From Lactobacillus phage Lb338-1: 24,000 nt of DNA. The stretch is taken from sequence record FJ822135.1, one strand, 5' to 3'. Made by a program: the position numbers and the translations under genes. Positions 16,564-24,000 of this stretch are shown here, piece after piece; within the stretch, counting starts at the first letter, position 1, and each line of letters begins with the position of its first letter. The notes beneath the pieces are model-generated. The model did no database searches. It was not told the origin of the DNA and saw nothing but the letters and a program-made list of their open reading frames with translations.

Positions 16564-17046
16564 CTAAATCTGGTACTCTTTTCTTATAGTCTCAAGATCC
16601 ATATAGCTTTCCCTACCATTTTCATAGGCCTGCTTCCAACAATTATCTTCATGGCATCTATTAATTAGTCCAAAGTCATTTACAGCGTTTATTTGACCCA
16701 ATAGGTCATTAACGAACCCCATAACTTCTATTTCTGAACTTCCTTTAGGAGTATACCCCTTCCACTTATCTTTACTGTAGAAGTTCTCTTTTTGCTTTTT
16801 AAGAACATCTGTATCAACAGGTCCATACATAAGTGCCTTAAAATTTCCCTTAAATAGGGACTCTGGGTAATCCTCTTTTGAAATATCTAGGCCACCCTTA
16901 CTTAATAAGCTTCCATAAGTTCCTGCATAGTAAGCCCAAAGGAAGTACAAACTTTTCTGTACCTTAAGCATAGTAGGGTTGTCAAGGCTACTATAAATGT
17001 GAAATACTAATACATTTTTATCTTCAAATACCACCTGATGATCCAT
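16564..17046 (-). CDS. possible Panacea (DUF4065, SocA/GepA-like) domain protein
   Basis: KVQKSLYFLWAYYAGTYG...FKALMYGPVDTDVLKKQ resembles the K.QK.LY...AYY...F.A..YGPV..DV pattern. Confidence 0.5.
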   Translation of the reverse strand: MDHQVVFEDKNVLVFHIYSSLDNPTMLKVQKSLYFLWAYYAGTYGSLLSKGGLDISKEDYPESLFKGNFKALMYGPVDTDVLKKQKENFYSKDKWKGYTPKGSSEIEVMGFVNDLLGQINAVNDFGLINRCHEDNCWKQAYENGRESYMDLETIRKEYQI

Positions 17047-17052
17047 TTAAAG

Positions 17053-17340
17053 TTACCATCCTACAATATCTTGAACCTTGCACCCAATAATTTTAGCAAC
17101 ATACTTAGCAGATATTCCGCCATCTTGTCCATTGTGAACCCCTGGCTCGTAGCCACCACCAAGAGCATTTACCGTAGACCATCCGTACATAAAAGCTTGC
17201 TCTAGAAGTCTAACGTATGCTTGACGAGTTCTTTTACTTTTATTATAGGGGGAATCTCTCATCATCTTAGCAACATCATATATTTCTAAATTGTGATCTT
17301 CTAAGTACTGATTAAACTTATTAGGGCAAATAATAGCCAT
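17053..17340 (-). CDS. hypothetical protein (95 aa), possibly HTH containing
   Basis: ORF; LEIYDVAKMM...ISAKYVAKIIGCKVQDIVG. Confidence 0.65.
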   Translation of the reverse strand: MAIICPNKFNQYLEDHNLEIYDVAKMMRDSPYNKSKRTRQAYVRLLEQAFMYGWSTVNALGGGYEPGVHNGQDGGISAKYVAKIIGCKVQDIVGW

Positions 17341-17375
17341 GCTTTATCTCCTTTCACTTATTTTTTCATACACAA

Positions 17376-17449
17376 TGTTCCCACCCAGACTCGAACTGGG
17401 AGTCTCTGCTTAGAGGGCAGATGTTACTATCCAATTGAACTATGGGAAC
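17376..17449 (-). tRNA. tRNA-Arg(TCT) with C at position 33
   Basis: GTTCCCA/TGGGAAC acceptor; TCTGC-CCTCTAA-GCAGA anticodon arm; CCCAG-TTCGAGT-CTGGG T-arm; 74 nt. Confidence 0.9.
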
Positions 17450-17460
17450 CTTATGAACAT

Positions 17461-17489
17461 ATAATATTACTTTTTTAAGCGCTTGTCAA
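17461..17489 (-). promoter_or_regulatory. sigma70-type promoter: TTGACA - 17 nt - TATTAT, upstream of tRNA-Arg(TCT)
   Basis: Motif match (-35 at 17484-17489, -10 at 17461-17466). Confidence 0.8.
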
Positions 17490-17652
17490 GATTTTTATTT
17501 TTTAATTCATTTAAAATATCATCCTCAACAATCTTTGCTTGATCTCGATAGCCAAGGCCATGAATGAGGTCATCCAGTATCTCGTCTGAAAACATTTGTT
17601 TTACTTGCTTATCTGTATATTCCTTAATTGGTTCCCTTTTTAATGGCATCAT
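17467..17652 (-). CDS. small hypothetical protein (61 aa)
   Basis: ORF; C-terminus overlaps the promoter of tRNA-Arg(TCT). Confidence 0.6.
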   Translation of the reverse strand: MMPLKREPIKEYTDKQVKQMFSDEILDDLIHGLGYRDQAKIVEDDILNELKNKNLDKRLKK

Positions 17653-17789
17653 CTACCCCCTAATGAAGATTTCTTTACCATCCCCATTTGCTTAGCCATA
17701 GCATAAATCTCATCGTTTGTGAATAATTGTTTAAACATTTCTTCTGTAACTACTGGCATTTGCTTATCAGCCTCCTGCTTAGTTAGCAT
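17649..17789 (-). CDS. small protein (46 aa, MLTKQEADKQMPVVTEEMFKQLFTNDEIYAMAKQMGMVKKSSLGGR)
   Basis: Hand-translated; ATGA overlap with next gene; GAAGGA upstream. Confidence 0.5.
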   Translation of the reverse strand: MLTKQEADKQMPVVTEEMFKQLFTNDEIYAMAKQMGMVKKSSLGGR

Positions 17790-17801
17790 AAAATTTTTCC
17801 T

Positions 17802-18239
17802 TCAAGAGAACCCCCACTTTTTGTTCTCATAGTAATTATATAATTCTAAAGTTGAATCATCTTGACGCCTACGCCACTCTTCATAAGTCATGTAGTTTGG
17901 CACCATGCTATCTGAAGGCATTTTACCAGCCACCAAATATTTCTCAAACTTGCTAACTGGGCATTCCCAAACGTGCTTATTTTCTACACCAGTTTCATAG
18001 TTCGTATAAAGAACTACTACATAGGGTTCCTTAGAGCCTTTATACTCATTCGTATCCTCAGGCCTCATTATTTCCATACTGTAAACATCTGTTGGTCCAA
18101 AAGCTGTACTTATACCATTACCGTCATACTGCGACATAACATCCTTAACATATAAATTCATGAACTTGTCATTATCAAGATTTTTGAGCAAGTAGTCCGA
18201 CATTTGTAGCTCAGTATTATGTTCATAAGTATCTTTCAT
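17802..18239 (-). CDS. hypothetical protein (145 aa)
   Basis: ORF. Confidence 0.7.
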   Translation of the reverse strand: MKDTYEHNTELQMSDYLLKNLDNDKFMNLYVKDVMSQYDGNGISTAFGPTDVYSMEIMRPEDTNEYKGSKEPYVVVLYTNYETGVENKHVWECPVSKFEKYLVAGKMPSDSMVPNYMTYEEWRRRQDDSTLELYNYYENKKWGFS

Positions 18240-18273
18240 TTTATAAATTTTCTTCCCTTCCCATTTATTATAA

Positions 18274-18360
18274 TAGTCCCGGTGGGAATCGGACCCACTT
18301 AACCCTCTTATCAGGAGTACGGGTTATAAACCCGGTGCACTGCCATAGTGCTACAGGACT
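18274..18360 (-). tRNA. tRNA with long variable arm; anticodon by position UAU (Ile), identity uncertain
   Basis: AGTCCTG/CGGGACT acceptor; CGGG-TTTATAA-CCCG; ~20-nt variable region; T-arm GTGGG-TCCGATT-CCCAC; 87 nt. Confidence 0.8.
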
Positions 18361-18392
18361 ATGATAGTAACCTCATCGGCTACTATAGTTTA

Positions 18393-18421
18393 ATACTAAC
18401 ACAAATTTTCTAAAATGTCAA
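18393..18421 (-). promoter_or_regulatory. sigma70-type promoter: TTGACA - 17 nt - TAGTAT, upstream of the long-variable-arm tRNA
   Basis: Motif match (-35 at 18416-18421, -10 at 18393-18398). Confidence 0.75.
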
Positions 18422-18440
18422 GGGATACTTTGTAATTTTG

Positions 18441-18713
18441 CTAACCGACAAAACTCACAACTACATGATCTGTTCCCTTGTCTCTAGAAGAATTTAAGAT
18501 GTGCGTAGCAACCCCATAAACATCTTCTGGGTTGATAAACGGCTTGCGCAACTGATAAGGATCACCAATAATGCTTCCCTTTAAGTCGGATAAAGAAATA
18601 GTGTTTGACCCGGAGTCATATTTCCAACTACAGATACGGCGGAAGCACTTTTCGCTTTCCCGACCCTGATATTCAAGATACTGCAACATTCCATAATTCT
18701 TTTTGTTTTCCAT
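18441..18713 (-). CDS. hypothetical protein (90 aa)
   Basis: ORF. Confidence 0.65.
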   Translation of the reverse strand: MENKKNYGMLQYLEYQGRESEKCFRRICSWKYDSGSNTISLSDLKGSIIGDPYQLRKPFINPEDVYGVATHILNSSRDKGTDHVVVSFVG

Positions 18714-18758
18714 CTTTAAGCTCCCTTATCTTTTTCCTTTTCTATTCCAACAAAGCTA

Positions 18759-18787
18759 AGTGTACCATGTGTTGCTTAAAATGTCAA
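18759..18787 (-). promoter_or_regulatory. sigma70-type promoter: TTGACA - 17 nt - TACACT
   Basis: Motif match (-35 at 18782-18787, -10 at 18759-18764). Confidence 0.75.
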
Positions 18788-18801
18788 CACTTTTTGAGTG
18801 C

Positions 18802-19911
18802 TTAATCTAAATCTTCAAACTTAAAATTAGAACTTTGCTTGGCCTTAATCTCTACATGATCTAATCCGTCAACATCAAATCCATGCTTAATGCTTTTGCT
18901 TAAGGTGTCACCTAATTCACCTAATTCAGCCTTATCTCCACTAACAACCATAGTTTCATTATCAGCAGATAAATCATGAGATTTAAATTTCAAGTTAAAT
19001 TGACCAGCATTAACTTCAACATTTTTCTCAAATAGGTTCGTACTTACATAAGGCTCTGTATAAGAATAACCATTTTTGAAAACAAGCTTAATCGAGTAGG
19101 AACGCCGACCAATATTCATGATATTAAGATCGTTAATAATATTCTTGAATTTAAACCCAGAGTTTAACTGGAAAACAATTGCATCCAAGGTATCATAGTT
19201 CAACGGAACCCTAAAGCTGAACTTTACAATAGTATCAATTTGATCCTTTGCCTTTTTAGACAAGTTATCCTGCAAGTACTCTTTTATTTCCTCTGTTGAA
19301 GGGTACTCCAAACGAATTGAATACATAAATCTCCCCGGCCGATTCAAAAAATACTCGGATAAGTCAAAAAGATTGTTAACCGTAATAACATATAAGTGCT
19401 TCTGCTCGGAAACTCCATCAAACACACTTAGCATAGAAGACTGTTTTTCCATTTCTAGATCAGAATTATCCACTGATGTAGAACTAAAGTTCTTTTCAAA
19501 TTCATCAAAAAGGATCATTGAGTCCTGTTTAATATTGGATAAGAAAGCACCAATTCCCTTATAACCTTTATTAGCTAAGATAACAGGCATTCCTGCTTCT
19601 TGTGCCTTTTGGGCTAAAAGCTTGGCAAATAATGTTTTCCCAAGCCCCTTATCCCCGGACAAAAGTACACCAATACTTTTCTTTGACTTTTTATATGCTT
19701 CTAGAATCTGTGATGTTTTTTCATCAAAGTTACCATATACTTTCCCAGAGATGGGATTAAATTTATCTGACTCTTTAAGAAAGAACCCAATCCCATATGG
19801 AGGCTTCTCGTAGCCAATTTCATAGTTGTGTTTCTTAGCAGGAAGTTTAGTAAATGTTGATACGGCGTCCCCATAAATTACATATTTTTCGCCATTTTTA
19901 ATAATTTGCAA
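18802..19911 (-). CDS. AAA+ ATPase
   Basis: Walker A GDKGLGKT, Walker B SMILFDEFEK, sensor-like YVITVNN, arginine-finger-like LNRPGRFMYSIRLEYP. Confidence 0.9.
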   Translation of the reverse strand: MQIIKNGEKYVIYGDAVSTFTKLPAKKHNYEIGYEKPPYGIGFFLKESDKFNPISGKVYGNFDEKTSQILEAYKKSKKSIGVLLSGDKGLGKTLFAKLLAQKAQEAGMPVILANKGYKGIGAFLSNIKQDSMILFDEFEKNFSSTSVDNSDLEMEKQSSMLSVFDGVSEQKHLYVITVNNLFDLSEYFLNRPGRFMYSIRLEYPSTEEIKEYLQDNLSKKAKDQIDTIVKFSFRVPLNYDTLDAIVFQLNSGFKFKNIINDLNIMNIGRRSYSIKLVFKNGYSYTEPYVSTNLFEKNVEVNAGQFNLKFKSHDLSADNETMVVSGDKAELGELGDTLSKSIKHGFDVDGLDHVEIKAKQSSNFKFEDLD

Positions 19912-19921
19912 TTTTATTCTC

Positions 19922-20407
19922 CTATAAAATGTAAGACCCGTCAGAGCTTTTTAAAATTCCGTGTCCTATCATTACAGTTTTCTTTCTGACGCTTAAAATT
20001 TTATAGACGTCCATAACAGAGTATGCTTTAGTCCTTCTGTACAAAGATCTTTGATCTGCCAGTATAGATTCCGAAGAATGTGGAAGGTTCTCATCTATAG
20101 GCCTTTTGGGAACTAAGCGCCAAACAAGATTTTTTAAATATATTGCGTCTTCTTTTGAATACAGATACTTATAAATGTTATCCCTTTGAGGCTCAAAAAT
20201 TGTACTATTAATTGGTCTTTCTCCATCTTTAACAGCATGAGTAAAATACATAAGTGTTGTCCTATAGCTGTCTAAAAATTCTGCTGCTAGGAAGAAATTC
20301 CTGCTTATGTCTATGTCCTTTATCATCCAATCATATTTATGAGGATCATACATATTTTTATTAGAATCAATATTTCCTTGACTATGCGTTCCTGACAGGT
20401 AGGCCAT
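19922..20407 (-). CDS. hypothetical protein (161 aa)
   Basis: ORF. Confidence 0.7.
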   Translation of the reverse strand: MAYLSGTHSQGNIDSNKNMYDPHKYDWMIKDIDISRNFFLAAEFLDSYRTTLMYFTHAVKDGERPINSTIFEPQRDNIYKYLYSKEDAIYLKNLVWRLVPKRPIDENLPHSSESILADQRSLYRRTKAYSVMDVYKILSVRKKTVMIGHGILKSSDGSYIL

Positions 20408-20428
20408 AGCGTTCCTCCTTCATATTTA

Positions 20429-20501
20429 TGCTTCCTACTGGGATCGAACCAGTCACCTTCTGATTACAAAACAGATGCTCTACCATATGAGCTAAGGAAG
20501 C
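20429..20501 (-). tRNA. tRNA-Thr(TGT)
   Basis: GCTTCCT/AGGAAGC acceptor; TTTGTAA loop; CTGG-TTCGATC-CCAG T-arm; 73 nt. Confidence 0.92.
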
Positions 20502-20639
20502 AATATGAGCGCCACCATTTTTTAGCTTCCAGCGGGCGCCCTTTCTGGAAGCATCAAGCCATCATTACTGCAAAAATGTTTTGGCCAATCATGAGTTACA
20601 GGGTTTGTACGGTTGTCCTTCCAATTAGCCCATAACAGT

Positions 20640-20668
20640 ATTATATCATGCTTGTTTTAAAAAGTCAA
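20640..20668 (-). promoter_or_regulatory. strong sigma70-type promoter: TTGACT - 17 nt - TATAAT
   Basis: Motif match (-35 at 20663-20668, -10 at 20640-20645), upstream of structured leader and tRNA-Thr. Confidence 0.85.
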
Positions 20669-20677
20669 CAGGTTAAT

Positions 20678-21463
20678 CTAAGTATTTTTGGTATGCTTGT
20701 TAGCTCTCATATTTCCCACAAAGTTTCGTAGCCAATTCTTTTCAGTAGGTCTCATATCATTAACAAAATCTGACAACCATCTTTCTTCCTTAGAAACCAT
20801 GTGGCAAACAAAGCTACCTAGCCATCTGCTTTCTACTGTATCCATATGTCCAACAAAATTTTTAAGCCAAGTTTCTTCAACTGTAGTCATCCCATGTACG
20901 AATGATTGCAACCACACTTTTTCAACTGCTAGCATATGTCCTACAAAAGTAGATAGCCACACTCTATCTTGTTCCCGCATACTGCTTACAAAGTGGTTAA
21001 GCCAAACCTCCTCTGGCTTTTTCATACTATAAACAAAGCTATGTAACCAAACAGCCTCCTTTTTCCTACTTTCCAAATACTGCTTTACCTGGCTACCAGT
21101 CATTTCCATGAACTTTGGATTATTAAAGTTTGATTTAACAAATCCTTTTTCTCTTGCCCATGTTTGTCCACCACCAGTAGCTTTTTGGTAGATAGTATCT
21201 TGGGTGCCATATTTAGAAACTAAGTAAGATTCCCTTTCTGAAACTTGGTTAGCATTACTACATGTCTGCTCATAATCCCACGTAAAGTTAAAACTAAGCT
21301 TTTCATCCACTAGCTCTTTTACATAAACCCTATCGTATCCGCTAAAATCCTTATCTTTACAATGCTCAACAAATCTTTGTTTGACCGTCCGGTTAGTGTA
21401 TCCAACATATATTGGCTTACCATCCCCATGTATAACATAAAATCTAGAAGTTATTTTGAACAT
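20678..21463 (-). CDS. GIY-YIG nuclease-domain protein with C-terminal array of 15-aa repeats
   Basis: N-terminal FYVIHGDGKPIYVGYTNRTVKQRFVEH; ORF extends to 21604 but ATG at 21463 has a GAAGGAG RBS and starts at the domain. Confidence 0.85.
   Translation of the reverse strand: MFKITSRFYVIHGDGKPIYVGYTNRTVKQRFVEHCKDKDFSGYDRVYVKELVDEKLSFNFTWDYEQTCSNANQVSERESYLVSKYGTQDTIYQKATGGGQTWAREKGFVKSNFNNPKFMEMTGSQVKQYLESRKKEAVWLHSFVYSMKKPEEVWLNHFVSSMREQDRVWLSTFVGHMLAVEKVWLQSFVHGMTTVEETWLKNFVGHMDTVESRWLGSFVCHMVSKEERWLSDFVNDMRPTEKNWLRNFVGNMRANKHTKNT
20699..21058 (-). repeat. 8 tandem divergent 45-bp units encoding E-x-x-W-L-x-x-F-V-x-x-M-x-x-x
   Basis: Read directly from the translation. Confidence 0.95.
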
Positions 21464-21490
21464 GTAGTGTCTCCTTCTATTTGTATCAAT

Positions 21491-21519
21491 AGCATACCAC
21501 GTTTTAATTATAAAGTCAA
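21491..21519 (-). promoter_or_regulatory. sigma70-type promoter: TTGACT - 17 nt - TATGCT
   Basis: Motif match (-35 at 21514-21519, -10 at 21491-21496), upstream of the GIY-YIG gene. Confidence 0.8.
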
Positions 21520-21600
21520 CAAAAAAAAGCACACGTTTGTGTGCCCCCTTCTTTTTAACATTGCTATTAACCCAGTAAAAGTGTACATGAAAACAAATGA

Positions 21601-23259
21601 TCACTTAAACAAGATGTCCTTAACTCTGTCAACCCATGAGCTATTTAGCTTATCATAAATCTTCTTTTCTTGCTTTGCAAACTTGAGATACTTTGTTCCT
21701 ACTTCCGGGTTATTCTTTAACTTTTGAATAATGGTTCCTCGCGTAGAACGGTGTGTCTTAACCGGTTGCATGTTTTTAAGACCTTTTTTATCCTCTTTTA
21801 ACAAGTCTTTCCAAGTGTTAAATCGTTTGTGGATAGCATGGTCATAAAGATAAAGGCCATTTATTTTTTGATAGTTATAACTAACATTTGAAAAATGCTC
21901 TGCCATAACTTTAATTCCGCGGTCACGATTATCCTTTTGCTTATTTTGAACAACTTTTTTAGAGGAAATTTCCTTACTGTTAACATCAGCTTCTTCTTCA
22001 CGACTTTTTAGAAGCTTGCTAAGATAATCTACCAAATAATAGACTGATGGATATTCTTTCATTAAGAAGTCTACATCGCCACTGGATAAATTACCTGCAT
22101 AGCCACTTTCAAGACGTTTTTCAATATCAATATCTTTATAGTTTTCATCAACAGTCTTTTTAATGGAATCCAAAGTGTCAGTTTTATTAATCACAAAAGA
22201 CTGCTTATGATTTACACTACCATTTGTATTTGAATAATGTATGGTTGCGCCACCGCGATAAACATTTAGTTGAATGTTTGTTCCCTTCACAGGAGCTGGA
22301 ATTGTAATAGTATAGCGTTTGGGTGACCCTTTACGTGAGTTAATTTTAACAATTTTAGAAATCTTTTCACGTAGATAAGGTGCACTTTCTGGTGGGATCT
22401 GGACATAAGGTTCAGCTGAATTGCTACTGTGTAATCCTTTATTATCTTCTACGGGCTTAGTCACTGTTTCTTTTTCCTCCTTGCCTTTTTCTTTGCCAGA
22501 TGTAAGATCGTGTAGTTCCGTTTCCCTGATATAAAAATCTTCACAGCTATCTAAATTGGAATTATGCATAGCGCTAACAATCTCATCCGCAATACTATCA
22601 GTCTCTATATAATTAGGAGTTCCCGGATCCATTAGTTTAAGCAGATGTGCAACCTCTTCTGTCTTCCTAAAGGGCTTTTCATTGTAATCATAGTGATCAA
22701 AGTTGCCATCCAAGTATACATAATACAAGTTACGATAAAGCATGCTTGGCAAACGAACAATCTCTTCTTTTGACGACTTTTCCATAGAAACATTAGGATT
22801 CACATTCCCAAGCTTTTTTATAATATCTGCTTTACCTTGCTTACTAACCATAGGGCTTTTAATGCTAGCTGACTTCTTTAGAACTTCTTTTACTAACTCA
22901 TTTTCTGCCTGAATATAACTGTTATAAAGGCTTTTATAAATATCCTTAGCAACTTCAAGACGATTCTTAACTTGATCTGTAACGTATCCTGCTTGATTAA
23001 CTATGCCTTTTTTGTTAACAACATAGCTTGCTGCAACATACACATTTTTTGTGATTTCTTTTGGGCGTTTAAAGTTTAAACTATAAGAAATAGAATCAAC
23101 CTTATACTTGCTTATATGAAACAAGTAAGATACGCCGCAAAGGCTAAGGCTTGCTATAGAAATCGTGCCATATTCCTTATTCTCTAAATAATTAATAAAC
23201 TGTTGCTTTGTATAAACATTTCCATATGGTCGATACTTCCAAGATTCATAATTTTCCAA
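21601..23259 (-). CDS. hypothetical protein (552 aa)
   Basis: Long ORF; no family recognised. Confidence 0.85.
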   Translation of the reverse strand: MENYESWKYRPYGNVYTKQQFINYLENKEYGTISIASLSLCGVSYLFHISKYKVDSISYSLNFKRPKEITKNVYVAASYVVNKKGIVNQAGYVTDQVKNRLEVAKDIYKSLYNSYIQAENELVKEVLKKSASIKSPMVSKQGKADIIKKLGNVNPNVSMEKSSKEEIVRLPSMLYRNLYYVYLDGNFDHYDYNEKPFRKTEEVAHLLKLMDPGTPNYIETDSIADEIVSAMHNSNLDSCEDFYIRETELHDLTSGKEKGKEEKETVTKPVEDNKGLHSSNSAEPYVQIPPESAPYLREKISKIVKINSRKGSPKRYTITIPAPVKGTNIQLNVYRGGATIHYSNTNGSVNHKQSFVINKTDTLDSIKKTVDENYKDIDIEKRLESGYAGNLSSGDVDFLMKEYPSVYYLVDYLSKLLKSREEEADVNSKEISSKKVVQNKQKDNRDRGIKVMAEHFSNVSYNYQKINGLYLYDHAIHKRFNTWKDLLKEDKKGLKNMQPVKTHRSTRGTIIQKLKNNPEVGTKYLKFAKQEKKIYDKLNSSWVDRVKDILFK

Positions 23260-23285
23260 CAGACTGCCTCCTTTAAATTAAGCTA

Positions 23286-23314
23286 ATCTTAGCATACATT
23301 ATTAAAAATGTCAA
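23286..23314 (-). promoter_or_regulatory. sigma70-type promoter: TTGACA - 17 nt - TAAGAT
   Basis: Motif match (-35 at 23309-23314, -10 at 23286-23291). Confidence 0.8.
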
Positions 23315-23343
23315 CAAAAAAAGGGCGTTTGCCCCAATTTTTA

Positions 23344-23565
23344 TTACTTATCTTTAAGTTCTTTTATCCAATATTCCGCGAATTCGTTTGCTCGCTCAAA
23401 ATCAATAGTGTCTTCATACTGATCCGCGTCAAGGTGGTGTGGTACTAAGAAATCCCATACATCCGTGCGACTAGCAGGTGCTCTAACAAGTGCCATAGCT
23501 AAACTAACTCGGTCTTTTTGACATTCCTTAATCCACTTTTTTACTCCAGAAGGAATATTAGTCAT
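23344..23565 (-). CDS. hypothetical protein (73 aa)
   Basis: ORF. Confidence 0.65.
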   Translation of the reverse strand: MTNIPSGVKKWIKECQKDRVSLAMALVRAPASRTDVWDFLVPHHLDADQYEDTIDFERANEFAEYWIKELKDK

Positions 23566-23986
23566 GCATATCGCTACTTTCTAAAGAAGCCTCTGATGAA
23601 ATCATCCACAGGTACTTTTCAACTGTACCAATATATGCATCAATCTGAGAACTAGTTGCTGTATCAACTGAATCTAGTCCTTTACGAGCATCATAGAGCG
23701 CCTTATCCAGCTCTGATAGTACCACTTTAATGCCACTAATAGCATTGCTCATTGAATATGGACGAGACTCAATGCTTTTACTTGTAGCCAATTTGAGAAC
23801 TTCCTCATAAGAATCAAGGGGAATATCTCCTAACTGAACAATACGTTCTGCTACCCAATCAACCATCTCATCAATTTCTTCTAAAGGATCATCCAAAAAT
23901 GGGTGATTAGCTAAGAACCCCTTCCCAAACATTGACCAATGAAGTCCCCAAATGATTTGGTGTGACTGTTGCAGTTCAGACTGCAA
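23558..23986 (-). CDS. hypothetical protein (142 aa); true start may lie beyond the window edge
   Basis: ORF. Confidence 0.6.
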   Translation of the reverse strand: MQSELQQSHQIIWGLHWSMFGKGFLANHPFLDDPLEEIDEMVDWVAERIVQLGDIPLDSYEEVLKLATSKSIESRPYSMSNAISGIKVVLSELDKALYDARKGLDSVDTATSSQIDAYIGTVEKYLWMISSEASLESSDMHD

Positions 23987-24000
23987 ATTCTTTAAACTAT

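Noticed and set aside
20525-20552. Rho-independent terminator
   Set aside because: Strong hairpin but no T-run after it on either strand (it is followed by TAAAAAA on the minus strand).
20699-21058. CRISPR-like array
   Set aside because: The repeat period is 45 bp but units are diverged at nucleotide level and in frame with a protein; no constant repeat plus unique spacer pattern.
176-22000. Scattered plus-strand ORFs of 60-113 aa (e.g. 8754-9095, 11613-11927, 20688-21032, 21362-21658)
   Set aside because: All antisense to well-supported minus-strand genes, or in gaps without RBS; 20688-21032 is just the antisense of the 45-bp repeats.

Overview
The window is the accessory/early region of what looks like a large tailed-phage genome from a low-GC Firmicute, plausibly a Lactobacillales host (inference). 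Essentially all coding is on the minus strand: many small orphan genes, a kinase-phosphatase-ligase RNA-repair protein (9282-11564), an AAA+ ATPase (18802-19911), a solo IS200/IS605-type tnpB (15279-16421), a GIY-YIG protein with a tandem-repeat tail (20678-21463), and tRNA genes scattered between 13.7 and 20.5 kb. The main result is a protein-free, ~600-nt minus-strand segment (about 15125 down to 14519). It is enclosed by a 33-bp long-range inverted repeat in which every non-Watson-Crick position is a G.U wobble in the minus-strand RNA only. It has an extended -10 box at its 5' edge, a T6 run directly after the 3' strand, and several internal helices, including a GAAA-capped hairpin. This has the architecture of the large ornate phage-associated RNAs (ROOL/GOLLD type), possibly a divergent or new one. 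It lies immediately 3' of tnpB and its putative omegaRNA, and immediately 5' of a cluster of non-canonical tRNA-like elements. Other leads are the 8 x 15-aa Trp/Phe/Met repeat array on the GIY-YIG protein, aberrant tRNAs (C33 tRNA-Arg, long-variable-arm UAU tRNA, 57-nt D-armless tRNA-like), and local gene duplications.
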